NCBI RefSeq assembly: GCF_964194025.1
Contig: NC_134468.1
Coordinates: forward strand, 42,594,001-42,658,000
DNA from: Convolutriloba macropyga
Lineage: Eukaryota
Direction: 5' to 3'
Length of the DNA stretch: 64,000 nucleotides
A program made the position numbers and the translations under genes. The notes under the pieces are model-generated. The model was not told the DNA's origin. It did not search any database and saw nothing but the letters and a program-made list of their open reading frames with translations. Of this stretch, positions 12,548 to 25,345 are shown in pieces. How positions within the stretch are numbered: position 1 is the first letter of the stretch; the number at the start of each line of letters is the position of its first letter.

Positions 12548-14899
12548 ATGCCGCTTGTTTCAAGTGGAACTACGAGTAATCAAAACCCTGGTACACTAAG
12601 CAAAGATAACCCTCAATACGAAAGTGTCCAAGTTAGACAGAGAGGAGCATGGGACTTCGCATCATACTATGAAAGTCTTTGCGTACTACAGGACTCGTGT
12701 CCGCTGCAAGCTGTAAAAGCTAATTTGAATCTAAATACACTTGATATCAATGCCGACAGGGTTCGAGATGAGGACTGGGAGCCAATTCTGAACTCCATCA
12801 AAATAAATAAAAGCTTGGAGTTCATTGCATTTCGAAGCTATTATGATCCGGAACCTGAAGATATGCCTACGCCTAGGTACCCGATCCTTAAATCCAGCAG
12901 AAAGGTGCCGCCTATTCGTAAAAAGGAGTTGGTAAGCAAAATGTGTCGATGCCTTAAAGAGTGCCTCAAAACGACAAGTAATTTGAGAGTCTTAGAACTG
13001 CAAGGTCTACCGCTATCTTTTCGAGACGTAGAGGAGATATCTAATGGCTTAAACCATAATGATACGCTGACTAAGCTTTCATTAGAATTTTGTGACATTG
13101 GAAATGAAGCTGTTGAAGTTTTGTGCCTTGGGCTTAAACAAGCGCTTAGTGTATCCTTCTTGGACTTAACATGTTGCGACATATCATCAATCGGAGCCGC
13201 TGCTCTTGCCAAATTGGTAGTTTACCAGTCATCGCTCAGACACGCAGAGGCATGGCAGGATAGTCTGAGGTATCGTCGACCGAATCTCGACATGCTTATT
13301 GGTCTCCGGCGCATCGTTTTAAACGGCAATACCATGATTGGAGACGACGGAGCTGGATGTTTCGCAGATGCCCTTCGAGATGATCTGTGGCTGAAGGCAC
13401 TCGATTTACAGAAATGTGGCTTGACTAATGATGGAGCAAAGGCACTATTAGAAGTTTTGAAGTTCAGTGTAACTATGGTTGTTTGTGACGTTAGAAAGAA
13501 TCCTTTTATTGAAAAAGAGTTGATTCGTTCGGTGACCGAACAGTGTTTGATTAACTGCCAAGGTCGAGATTCAGAATACCCTTGGTTGAAGATGAAATCA
13601 AGTGAAAATCCGGATATTTTGAAGCTGAGGTTGAAAACATTTAATTCTGCAACGCCGACTCCTCGTAGTGCTAGAGGGAACAGAAAAGCGAAGAAAGCAA
13701 AATCGGATTCCAAAACTGCACGGGATGAATCCCAGAAACGGGTGAAAATTCCTATGACATCTGGGTATCCTTGGCGAACAGCAATGCGTGTCAACCGGCA
13801 TCGACCCTTAACGTCTGAGCAAAATTTGAATGGCGTTGAGAAAAAATTTGCCGGAAGTGAGAACGAATACTCGAAACGTCATAAAAACTCACGAGATGCT
13901 GGGACGCTCTACGTCGATGGCTCCGTTGAACTGAGTTATGATGACGAGGATGAAGTGATAAATGACGGGTATTCGAGAGGGTTTGCATCAGGGGCGCCTA
14001 GAATTGGAGTCAGCCATCAAAAACATGAAGTACTCAATAAGCGACCAAGCACAGCTCGAGCTGACATCGGTTCAAGTAAGGATACCAGCTCAGATATGCG
14101 TCAGGTGATGGTTGAACTAGACAAGATGAAAATGAAGTTGGATCGCGAAACGGATGCGAGGAGGAGATGTGATCAAAGATTAATCGATCTTGAGATTGAG
14201 AATAGCAGACTGAGGCGAGAAGTTCTCACAGCCAAAAGTGGCGTCGCAACAGCTGGAAACTTAAGCCAAGAGCAGAGCGTCATTTTGGATTCTGTGGAGG
14301 AGACTTTCAAGAAGTTTTCAAAATTTTTAGATCTGTTACGACAGGCAGGGTTTGGTGATCTGGCTGACCTTGCTGGGTTGGATTCAAATGACTTAGAAAA
14401 TATCTCACAAAATAAGCAATCGGTGCGAAAAGCTCCGACTATGCGTAAAATGGACGCATTTGAATCGGGAAATGGCGATGATTCTGTTCACAGCAATACC
14501 TTTAAAGAGAAGACAGGAAAATATGGCGGACAAGGTGACGCTCCGCGGAATAAATACGAAGAAATTCAAAATTTTGATGAGGAAAACATTGTACATGAAA
14601 AACGAGAGCGACCGAAGACCTCTGATGCAAATCTGGCCAAGTATCACCCAAAGTCCTCAGAGCAACTAATGCGCGAAATCCGAAATATCACGAATGGTAA
14701 CTCTGAAAATAACATTAATTACGCTGGTGAATATGACGACAAGAGACACAAACCTGCTGCCCAAAACATGAATATAGAGGACATTTTAAATGACGATGAA
14801 GATTCGCAGTTAAGAAATGCTTCCGAAATGGACCAAAGAACGCCATCGCCGTTGCCTATCTCGATTGTCACTGACAACGAGCAGTCGAGATACGAGTAA
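12548..14899 (+). CDS. CEP78: Centrosomal protein of 78 kDa (LRR + coiled coil), single coding exon
   Basis: N-terminal DFASYYESLCVLQDSCPLQAV..LDINADR..DWEPILNSIKINKSL, LRRs, WQDSLRYRRPNLD and DDLWLKALDLQKCG match CEP78; 783-aa uninterrupted ORF; AATAAA at ~15176. Confidence 0.93.
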   Translation: MPLVSSGTTSNQNPGTLSKDNPQYESVQVRQRGAWDFASYYESLCVLQDSCPLQAVKANLNLNTLDINADRVRDEDWEPILNSIKINKSLEFIAFRSYYDPEPEDMPTPRYPILKSSRKVPPIRKKELVSKMCRCLKECLKTTSNLRVLELQGLPLSFRDVEEISNGLNHNDTLTKLSLEFCDIGNEAVEVLCLGLKQALSVSFLDLTCCDISSIGAAALAKLVVYQSSLRHAEAWQDSLRYRRPNLDMLIGLRRIVLNGNTMIGDDGAGCFADALRDDLWLKALDLQKCGLTNDGAKALLEVLKFSVTMVVCDVRKNPFIEKELIRSVTEQCLINCQGRDSEYPWLKMKSSENPDILKLRLKTFNSATPTPRSARGNRKAKKAKSDSKTARDESQKRVKIPMTSGYPWRTAMRVNRHRPLTSEQNLNGVEKKFAGSENEYSKRHKNSRDAGTLYVDGSVELSYDDEDEVINDGYSRGFASGAPRIGVSHQKHEVLNKRPSTARADIGSSKDTSSDMRQVMVELDKMKMKLDRETDARRRCDQRLIDLEIENSRLRREVLTAKSGVATAGNLSQEQSVILDSVEETFKKFSKFLDLLRQAGFGDLADLAGLDSNDLENISQNKQSVRKAPTMRKMDAFESGNGDDSVHSNTFKEKTGKYGGQGDAPRNKYEEIQNFDEENIVHEKRERPKTSDANLAKYHPKSSEQLMREIRNITNGNSENNINYAGEYDDKRHKPAAQNMNIEDILNDDEDSQLRNASEMDQRTPSPLPISIVTDNEQSRYE

Positions 14900-15875
14900 A
14901 GATACTTAGATGATCAACTTATGAAATATGAATTTAATTCTAGTTAACTCCCCCGTAAATGGTTGAGTAACGGTTACTCCTTGCAAAGATACTTACGTCT
15001 TAGGTCGATCAGCTCGTTGATAATAATATTTACCTGTACAAAGTTTACTATATGAATTTTAGAAATGTAAATGTTTCCACTTAACTTAGATAGTAGTACT
15101 GTTCAGAGAAGTTTGTATGCCTCGATTCATTTGTACAGTTCAGTTGGTTGCAAAATTGTTTGGAAATTTTAATCAAATAAATGAAATAGAAACCCCTTTT
15201 TGAAGGAAATTTACTATTGTTCAAATCAGATAGATGAAAAATTTCTGTAATACAAGCGCAATTTTTTGTCTGCTTTCAACATACGGCTTTCAAAAGAACC
15301 GAAATTGAGTACAGTTCAGAAGCATCCTGTCGTGGCTTCGCTTAGCTAGCTATATATGTAGGGGTCAATACTTCGTTGCGAAGGTACTTTGAATAGAACC
15401 ATGTCCGCTCGCATCGCAACCCACACAGTTCTCAGTTTCACACAAACCTTTTGACCGGAAGCAATAGCTCTTGCCAGTTCAACGCTACATTAATTTAAAA
15501 TATTGCTAACAATGTTGAGTAAAATTGGTACTCGGCATAATTTGTCTGAGTTCTTGTGCTTATACGAGATTGCACTTCCGAGAGGTAACTTTCATGAGTC
15601 AATGATTATCAAAAATTTGGACCAGTTTGGCAGTTTTGGTTCGAATATACACTCGTGTCAGACAGTTGCGTATTTGCCCATTTATCATGATACGTTTGTT
15701 CAAACATAGATTATGCTATTGTAAATTATTTGTCAATCTCAATCGTAGCTCTACATAATTGCTCTTCATATAAGAGAATGTAAAGTTTACAGTAAAGAAT
15801 TGTGCATTTCATCAGGTTTGATCGCTTGAGTTATTGAGACGTCCACGCCCGATTCATTACTTACGTCCTAGCAGA

Positions 15876-18800
15876 ATGACAGAAGAAATGGAAGGCGGAG
15901 AGGAGGTGGTCGTGGAACAGACGAGCCCGCCACAAAGGGGTCGAGTTTTCCCGCGGATCAATCCGGCAATGATTGCTTCCCAAACAAGACAAAATGCGGA
16001 TCATTTTGCATTGTTTGTGTCTGAATCATTGCGCGCTATTGCAGGTAAAGGTTTCTCTTCCAATTCAAAACGGGTTATAGTGCTAATCTAATGTAGAAGG
16101 AGTTGAATTTTTCCAAGGACGATCGATTTGAATTAATTCCTTAGCACAAGGTGAGCTGACCGTTTAGTTATCAGGCTAACATAGAAACTTAGTATACGTA
16201 TAATTTTTTTTAAATTTGTTTTCGAAGTTAAGGTTGCAAAAATGTTCATAGCACAGCTACATCATTATTTGACTTGCATATATTAACAACGCATCGTGTG
16301 TCGTGATCCTACATGACTCAGATAAGACTCTTTTAATGATATTTTACTTGAGAAGTTTATAATTATAGCTGATATTTGCGTGTGTTTGTTATTAAAACCA
16401 GTGTTGTATGTCCTTGCGTGGGTGACGTTGTGGATCTCTGCCTTCATCTATGGCTCCTTCTACTTTAACTTCCTCCCAAAAGTCTCCTTTCAAGTGGAGC
16501 CACACTTTAACTACTTCCACTGTCACTCTGAGAAAGAGACAGTGTCTGGAACATGGAGCAAAGGGGAAAGGGGAGCAGGAAAGGGAGACAGATTCTGCAG
16601 ATTCCCCACGAGTTCCTTTAGGTTGGAAAATTTTCCTATCCCATGACTGCCAAAAGAGACATTGTGTAGTGCGTTTACGAAACTAGTAACCATCGCAATG
16701 TTGGCCTATCTGCAATCAATACTTCGAGGGAGTATATCCAAATTTGAGTTTTAAATAAAATTGACTGGACGGACTATAAACTTCAATTGTGAATGAGGTG
16801 GTCGAGAACTTCGGGAACCACAGTTCTTCATTCAAACTAAAATCTTAATTGGCATAACCATATTTTAAAGTTCAAGCCGATCTGCTTCTTATCATTGTCT
16901 ATGCAATAATGAGCGAAAACTATTGCAATAATGGACTGAACGACAAAATAAAATTGATTTCAGTTTGTTGCATAATGAGACCCTGGAAGCATTTATGGTG
17001 CAAGGTCAGCAATACCACCTGCTCCTGGAGCTGGAAATGCCCGAGAGCGACCAGAACAGAAACATTGGTGTCTTCATGGCCACCATCACCATAAAGGTAA
17101 TATTGCCACGCCAGCTTTTATCTTAGCTGAGTTTTAAAATCCAGGATTTTCATCTGTCAACTTAAATACAAGACGCAAAGCGTATTACACGACAATTATA
17201 GCGCTCCTATTTTTTTACAATTCAAAGAATTGGAGTTGTATTGGGGTGCAGTCTTGTTTAAGACTCGAAGAGGAGTATTGGTGGAGCGCCTTTTTTGATC
17301 GGTAATTTTGTTGTTGTGTCTTTGAAACAGAGAGTGAAATGCGTGAAAACCAAGTGTTTAATTCAAATCACTGAAGAGCTGAGAGAAGAATGGTTTTTGT
17401 TCATGTCGATTATTTGAGAGAGAGCGAGCGAGCGAAAAGTAGGTGTGACAAAAAATTCACAGCGAGCGGAAATTTTAATCACGTCTTTTTAAAAGTGGTT
17501 TTTATAGTTTTAACTCCAAGTTTTTCAGTCAACGTGTTTCGCTCAGTTATATAAACTGGTAATAGTGCTTTTGGAATCTTTTTGCCATCTGAAGCAATTT
17601 TTTTTACGTTTTTGCCTTGTTAATAGCCGCGTCACCAATTCCAGGCGGCTATTATTACGGTCCTAATTTATTTTTACTTCGTCTAACAGATTTTTGTTTT
17701 GTCTCACCCTGACTTCTTGGAATTGACTTTTTCAATGACCTCAGTGACTTCTACTGCTTTGCAGTAAAAATTTGTGTTCGTGACGTCATTTCTGCTTTAG
17801 GTCAATTGCGTGACTTACCTCACTCAAAAAATGACTTCTGAAGTCACTTAATGAACTTTAATTTTTATGAGCTTTTACTAGTTAAAAATCAAAAGAGTGC
17901 ATCCAAGTAGTGCCAAACGTATATGCCCTAATTCTTGAGTATTAGAGTCTGGTCAATCTGTTTATCTTATTTCTTTAGTTGTTTCAACTCATGGAAAGCC
18001 ACAAGCGTCTATCGCGGCTATTTTCCGGCAATCTACCGTCTATGTTTCTTAAATTTTTCAGCAATTTTTCTATTCTTCAAATTTTAATAGCGTTTGGGGT
18101 GTTCTGTGGTTAAAATCAGGTCTTGTAGCACTTTTAGTTGTCTCCCAATTTTATTACTGTTAACTTTGAGTTGGTTTTGATCAAGGAAGTCGAGTAAATT
18201 TGAGCAAAGTTTTTTTTTCCTTTTTCTTCCAATTGTGTTTTTTTTTGCCGTCGTTTTTCTTGATCAATTCTTTTACACTTTAATTTAAAGTTTGGGAGGT
18301 TGCATTTTACCGTTTTAGAGAGTTTAGTTCAAATTTTTCGAGAGAATATTTTTGTTTTCATTTTTCCTTTGACATCATTTTCCCCTTTGCCGAGTTTTTT
18401 TTATGATCCTGTTAGATTGTCTTTGAGTTAATATTATATTAAATATTTCTGTTTTACCAAGTCTTACCTGTACTTTCGGAGTGGCAACTTGATTCAAATT
18501 TTATCAGATGCTTTTTTGTCAATTTGTTTTTTCATGTAACTTTTCCTTTTCCTGTTATTTTCAAAATGTCTAGTGTAATGAACTAGGAGGTGCTTCAGGT
18601 CAATGAGGAGTGTCAGTCTTCACTCAGAGTCGTTTTTGGAATTCTGGCTATGTTTTTGAGATCTCTTCACACATTTTTTTATTTTGAAATCGAATTGGAG
18701 TGATGTTTGTCTCGGCGAAACAGGTTGGGGAACGAAGAAGCGAGTGTTTTTGCAGAGTGAAATTTTCCGCTCTTATTTTAAACTAGAGTGAGAAAAGATG

Positions 18801-20721
18801 TTTGAACAAAAATTTGATTTCTCGCTAGTGGTTTTTTGTTCTTATGCGGCATTTTGACATTGATTTTTACTGTTTTTTATCTGATTTTCTAAATGGTTTT
18901 CCTAATCCAACCATTGTCCATTCTAGGTCTAGTTTTTTATTTAGTCATTGAAAAGTTTTGGAATTGTATGTCAGGACTTGTCCTGCTATGTTTTGTCGAA
19001 GAAAATTTTGTTTCGCTTTACCTCTTTTTGCCGCTTTTTCGACAACGTGAATTATTTTCGACTTCTCTAGGCTAGTTTAACTCTTCTCTCATTCTGCTCA
19101 ATGTGCATTTAAACAGCGGTTGCTCCCTAAAGCATTTTAAAATGAACAGAGTCCGTATAAAAAACGAATTCAGATATACAAAAGGGATAAAGCCAAATTT
19201 TAGATGCCCGTTGCGTGAACTTTGTTATTATATGTCTGAGTTACCATCTCTGATGCTTAGTGGTATTGATACTAGCCCCTGTATCCTCTCACGAAGAAAC
19301 AGGAGTGTGTTCAACTACAAACTGACATCAAAATAGTTTGCATGTTAAAAATGTTTTGTCAAAAATCAATATCCAGTTCTTTCGATCTTTTTTTTTCTGT
19401 TCTTTCCTTCCCAATCGTTGTTATGGGAATCAACGGTGGCTATTTTCCGGCTATCTGCAGTGTATGTTTAAAATGGTGAAACCTTCTTCAGGAAAAGCTG
19501 CGAGATATCTTTACAATTAGAAGAACAGCAGCGATGCAACACAAGTCAGACCTGTTCTCGACTCTGGAGACAGTAGTGCTGTTCCCATTATTCCTGGCTG
19601 GATATCGAAAACAGTCCCAGTTAGTCATTGTTGACCTTGGACTAATCACACCACCCAGCAACAACTTAGATTCTGCTTTTGTAAGGCTCGAGTCTCATGA
19701 CGCAGTGGTGACGTCAGCTAATTTTGTGGGAATGGCCAAATTCAAAGGCATTCGCTACTTGCTTTACTTCTACCCTGTGACTGTTGCTATTCTGTCTATC
19801 GGAGCTCTTTTTTCAGTCATTTTTCCAGTATTCGCTATGGCATACTTCAAATGGAGACATATGATGCCCCAATATATGGACTTCCAGTCGTACCAACGTA
19901 AGTTATTGCTCTGAAAGCGTGGTCTTTCTCGGTACTAAACTTCTGATCTCTTACCTTTGTGTCCTTAGCGTAGTATGTGCAACCCTCAGGCGCATATGCT
20001 GTATTATCACATTGAATTGCCCTATAGAAGGACATTTTGTAATTGAGGTGGGGAAACAACAACTGGATCTTTTTCATATGACAGCTTGATTTTAATTTGA
20101 TTAAAAGCTGAAGTTCATTTTTCAAGCCTCAAATGAAAAGAGCGCTGAAAATACTCGTTACCTGATTTAAGTTGAACGAGTTGTCGATAATAAACTGTTT
20201 TCCGGTGGTTATGATGGAATCTAACCTGGTTGGTTCCAATCAAGTTGCCTGACTTAATTCGGTGTATAGTATTCGATCAGGATTAGCATTCGATCAAAAT
20301 ATTGAGTAACAGAAATAACATGAATCTGGAAGTTCAAAGTTCATTTAAATTTTATAGAAAGGGAATGTAATTGTGACGTTTACCCTTGAAAAATACTACC
20401 GGGAAAATACGTGGTTTAACTTGATTGATTTCAGGCTTTTTGTCAACGCGTACGCAAAGAAGCAGAGCAAATAACAATGAAACTATCAACGATCTTTCAA
20501 TAACAGAACACGATGTAACAGGCATTGATGACAATGTGGCCATTGAGACCAGAGGTGCTTTGGAACCAAACTTGTCATATAATGATTTGCGAGGGCTGAA
20601 CCCGGAAAGGAACCAGGAGTTGCGACAACGTCTGAATGTCCACGAGCCCAATGGAGATGAAATAAACGCTGATGACCATTCTCTGTCAAGCTTCGCCAGC
20701 ACAACTTCTAAAGCTGATTGA
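15876..20721 (+). CDS. BSCL2: Seipin; exons 15876-16044, 16369-16621, 16964-17096, 19492-19897, 20435-20721
   Basis: GT-AG junctions with consistent phases; TM1 (VLAWVTLWISAFIYGSFYFNFLP), lumenal GQQYHLLLELEMPESDQNRNIGVFM, then AKFKGIRYLLYFYPV followed by TM2. Confidence 0.9.
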
Positions 20722-21719
20722 GTTTTCGGATTGCCAAAAATTTCCCTAAGACGACCAAGGAGAAAATGAATAATTTTATATCACATGTAATCTAGATTAT
20801 GCATTGAGTTCATTTTACTTATCGTTTTTTTCTGATCTTATCAGAATTGTTTGCTAATATTCAAAGGACACTCATTTGGAGATCGGATTGTTGTTCTTAC
20901 ATCAAAGAGGAGAGGGATGGCTAATTTGCGTTTACTAATGAAGTTTGAACTTGTCCATTTAATATTTCTTCTCTAGTTCGGTGCAGCTTAAAGGGTTTTG
21001 CATTTAGATTCTTGCAGGAAAGCATCAGAACATAAAAATGTTGTAACATTTTTCCAATTTTTATGTAGAAAATTTGAACAAAATGTTTAACTGTACAAGC
21101 AGCCCCGTTAAAGAAATGAAGTAAGTTTTTATTTGATCGTGAATATGTGCTTTCTCAAACTTAAACCTATCTCCCAAATATCTGCTTCATTTAAGAATTT
21201 TTCTGCAATCATTTTGAATAACTGGATTATAAATTTCGTTAAGATCTATTATTTATTTATTCTCACAAATGCTTGATCTATCTCTCCAGCAACCATGTTT
21301 ATCGGGGTTTGTTTTCAGTGAGTCCTCTCAATTTTTGCGGGCCATTGACTTTGGAAAATGTACATTGGGTTCTACTATTCGGCAACTAATTTGCTTTTTC
21401 AGATCATTTGATTGGTTATTTTATATTCCACGTAAATTGCTTCTCCAAAGACTGTTTTCTCGATCCTTCAATTTAAGTTGATTTCAAGAAAATTGCTTTA
21501 AATTGAAAATAAGGAGACATTATGTTACGGAAAGCACGTTTTCATAGCTTCGCTCTATTGATTACAGAAACTTTTTTATGCGAAAACAGTCTAAAATGTT
21601 TTTGTCGACTCAGTTTTTATGCAACATTTTGTACATGATTTTTCGTCCTTTGATTCTTGAGTTCCTTGTCATCCACATTTTTGAGTTGTTGCATTCGATT
21701 GGCAGAAGTTCATAAATAA

Positions 21720-23640
21720 ACGGCCCATAAAAAATGTAAAATAGTCTGACGAAATAGTCCAAAAAAGAGACAGAGAACAGACAAAACAGTCCCGACCAAA
21801 GCTCTCTTCAGATAGATCAACAAGAAAGTGCAGCTTCAATCTTAAAAGAATGCTCTGGTGAAGTCGGGAAATCAAAGTTACCGTAGTGCAGTGGTTATTG
21901 CTCTTGAGGCACGTTTGGAGGTCGCTGGCTCGAGCTGGAATTGGCAGAAAATTTTTTGCAACAACCAAAAAGTGAGGGCTAGTAAGACTTCCTCAATCAG
22001 TTTTGGTAACCATGGATGTTCTAGGTTAACGGGTTTTACAAAAATAACTCTTCCAGTCCAGTTTTTTTTATAAGATAGCCCTTGTTTTCGCGCTCGCAGC
22101 GGCTGGCTCCAGCGGTAAATTACAAATCGTGGCTTCTGCCTTTGAACAGAGGCGTTTTTTCGACCAAGGTAATTAGTGATAAGAAAATCGTGGAAAGCGT
22201 CCTTATTGTACGTTCTCGGAACTCTCAAGAGATGCTTTCCAGACTACAGCTTAGAAATCGAATACTACTCTTTTTTTTGATGTTTCTGGACTCGAAATAA
22301 ATTTTTTTAATAGTTTTCTTCCTTTTGTCAGAAAGGCCAGACTACACGGGAGGCAACTTGACGCTGTCAACCAAAGAGTTGACTATTTTGTTGCCGCGTT
22401 CTGTTAACTGTCCTTTGGTTTGAGTTGTAGGTTAGAATATTGGGCGAAGTTTCTCTACTTATGTCTTTTTGGGCAACAGATGCTTGGCGTGGAGTCTTGT
22501 CAACCATTGCCACTCCGTCTGTCAACGCCTAGCGGAACTCTCTTCAGTATCTGCGGTGTTTGGTAAATGGTTATAAACACTGATAGCTTTGGTTTGTTCA
22601 TTACGTAGCCTGACTCTGCCGTAGCATTTTGTAATACAGCATCGCCAAGAAGATGCGCCATTAGTAAGTTTTTGGTGCCTAATATAGCCATAGCCTCCAA
22701 AGAGTTTCAATTCTGTTTTGTTTTTCCGAATGAAATCAACCTTAACAATTTGCGTCAAAATATGACGCCAAACATCGTGACGCACTCTTTTGTAGGCTCG
22801 TCAATTAAAACAGAACCTTTCATTTGCGTCCATCTTTTATACCTGGATAAGTTGACTTGGTTTAGCCTAAATGTGAGAGTAACTTGAGTTTATTAATGCG
22901 TTGAGTCATTATCTTTAAATGTCTTGGACTGTTCTGTCTGGGGCTCTTTTTTCTGTTTTTAGGACTCATGTCTGAGACTATTTTACAATTAATGACTATT
23001 TGGTCTGGATCTTTTTTGTTCGGACGCCAATTACTGAAAAGAATGGATCACAATAACAAACTGAACATGTCTTAAAGTTTAATATAATAACTGCAGCTTA
23101 CCAACGTCCGCGAATTTCTCAATCAGTTTTTTTAGATAGCCCTTCTTTAGCCCTTCTTTATGCGCTCGCAGTGACTGGCTTCAGCGTTCAGTTGCAAGTG
23201 GCGATTTGGTAAATGGTCATGAACTCTGATAACTTTAGTCTGTTCATTACGTAGCCTGCCTCTGCCATGGCTTTTGTAATACAGCAGCGCCAAGAAGATT
23301 CGTCTTTTGGCGTTGTCGGTGCCTAATATAGCCATAGCCTCCAAAGACAAGCAATTCTGTTTTTCTGAATGAATTCCATGTCAACAATTTGCGTCAAAGT
23401 TATGACACCAAATATCATGGGGCACTCTTTGCTATGCTTGCCAATTAAAACAAAACCTCTTGAGTTTAACTAGCTTTGCTTACATTTTCTTAGTTCGATA
23501 ATATGACTGAGTTTTGCTTAATTGTGAGATTAGCCGTTGTTAATTAATACGCTTAATTACTGTCTTTGGGACGGATTTATCTTGGACTATTTTCCAATTT
23601 TTCACTATTTTGCCTGGAAGTGTTTTGTCTGAACACGAAA
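21720..23640 (-). mobile_element. MULE-like DNA transposon relics with FLYWCH-type zinc finger (two related segments ~22520-23030 and ~23150-23640)
   Basis: LFGGYGY...SWRC...C.GRV....H pattern at 22522-22785 with a diverged duplicate at 23147-23350; degenerate GGAC..GTC terminal-type repeats; boundaries approximate. Confidence 0.5.
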
Positions 23641-24130
23641 TATTGTTGTAGTCTTAATTGAGCTCGCATAACATCATTAGAATCTACTTTGTGAATTTAT
23701 TTGCGGCTGCTTAAGAGGCTATAAGCTACCAACCTACTGGGCTGAAGCAGCATTTTAGGAACTGAGCCTCCTCGTGTCTTTCAAGAGCAGTTCCTCTGGA
23801 GCAATTTGGTTGTTTTTAAGCATTTCCTGGCAAAGAAAGCGAGCTGGGAAAAAAGTAAGCTCACTGAAGTTTAAAATGGAGTTAATGTGTTTGTATGTTC
23901 GTCGGCTTTAAATTTTGATGCTTTAAAAAGTGATATTACATTTAATGTGGTGGTCCGTATCTTTTCTATCTGTATTTCTAAATGTTTCATTTCTTAAAGT
24001 CTTATTCCTAATATCCTGATCTTCTCAAAATCAATCTTTTCAGCAAAAGGCTCCCCTAGCAGAAAAACCGAGTTGAATAAATTAAACCACTTAATGGTAT
24101 CATATATTACTTACAATTTCAGATTAAAGT

Positions 24131-25345
24131 ATGGCATCTAGTGTTGAAACAGATGAACTTACAAGTCCAACTTCGAAGAGTCTCCTATGTACAACAGAGG
24201 GATGTGATTGCCAGTTTAAAAAGAAGAGCCAACTGAGACAGCATTTAATCGATGTACACGGAGACACCGAAGCAATTAAGCCATACGAATGTCAGACATG
24301 CAAGAGAAAATTTCAAACTAACGCACACCTAAAAAGACACGAGAAAGTGCACAATGGTTATAGATGCGAAACCTGCAAGCTCACCTATAATACCTGGTCT
24401 GAATTGAGGAAACACAGGGCACAAATTCACAAACCCTTCTCAATAAGGTGTGAAGCTTGTAGAACTAAGTTTAACTCTAGAACTGATTTGAATTATCATA
24501 AAGAATACTGTGAAGAAAAAGAAAAACTTACTTGTGCAATCTGTAACAAAACGTTTTCCAAGAAAGAAAATTTGAAAAAGCATTTGAAAACTGTGCACCA
24601 TTGTCAAAGAGACTATTCGTGTGTCAATTGCAATAAAGAGTTTTTACACGCGCATAACGTAGTCAACCATTTAGCACTTTGCTTTGCAAGGTCTGAAGAA
24701 GGGCTACTAGATCAAACATCGTTCACAGCAGATAATTTGAAAGAAGTTATTACGTCATCACTAAACGGAGGCATAAGTGATGATAATGAATTCCAGTGCA
24801 ATGGATGTCGGAAAACGTTTAAATACCGGCGCAGTTTATGGCGACACCAAAAGGAAAACTGTCCTATGTTGGAACCGAGCGATCGACTCAAGCAAAGTAA
24901 AAGGTCCCTATTTGAAGAGGTCGATTTAGGGTTCGAGCCCCGGTCACTTCCAATGGTACAAGCTAACGATGGAAACCAAATAAACTGGGACGCGTCGCCT
25001 GTTGTCAAGATAGTGAAGATGAGTCGTGATAGAACTGAAAGTTTAATGGACGAACGCTGCATGTCTTCAGATTGTGAAAGGGATGAGCACCCAAGACACC
25101 TATCTTCGCAAGAGCAATTACAGGATAGTGAAGACCAAAGTTTGCAACAACTTTCACAGCAAAATCAGTTCCAAAAGATGCTCTTTGCAGAGCCTCAAAG
25201 CGTCAATACAGTGCATAATTCATTGACATATGGTGAACCAAGCGCACAGTCTGAACAAAGGAAAGAGATGCAGGATTTGTCCGAAACCGAACTGGTGATG
25301 CCAGAGCTAATCAAATACAAAGAGGGAAATAGGATAATGACATAA
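24131..25345 (+). CDS. C2H2 zinc-finger protein, TFIIIA-like
   Basis: Tandem fingers with FKKKSQL, KPYEC, LKRHEKVHNGYRC, TWSELRKH resemble TFIIIA fingers 4-6; further C2H2/C2HC fingers and a low-complexity C-terminus. Confidence 0.75.
   Translation: MASSVETDELTSPTSKSLLCTTEGCDCQFKKKSQLRQHLIDVHGDTEAIKPYECQTCKRKFQTNAHLKRHEKVHNGYRCETCKLTYNTWSELRKHRAQIHKPFSIRCEACRTKFNSRTDLNYHKEYCEEKEKLTCAICNKTFSKKENLKKHLKTVHHCQRDYSCVNCNKEFLHAHNVVNHLALCFARSEEGLLDQTSFTADNLKEVITSSLNGGISDDNEFQCNGCRKTFKYRRSLWRHQKENCPMLEPSDRLKQSKRSLFEEVDLGFEPRSLPMVQANDGNQINWDASPVVKIVKMSRDRTESLMDERCMSSDCERDEHPRHLSSQEQLQDSEDQSLQQLSQQNQFQKMLFAEPQSVNTVHNSLTYGEPSAQSEQRKEMQDLSETELVMPELIKYKEGNRIMT

Noticed and set aside
12841-14647. Antisense ORFs overlapping CEP78 (and the zinc-finger gene)
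   Set aside because: Shadow ORFs of long coding sequences with no motifs
17100-19490. Strongly T-skewed 2.4-kb seipin intron, possibly an antisense retroelement relic
   Set aside because: No recognisable protein motif or termini could be read
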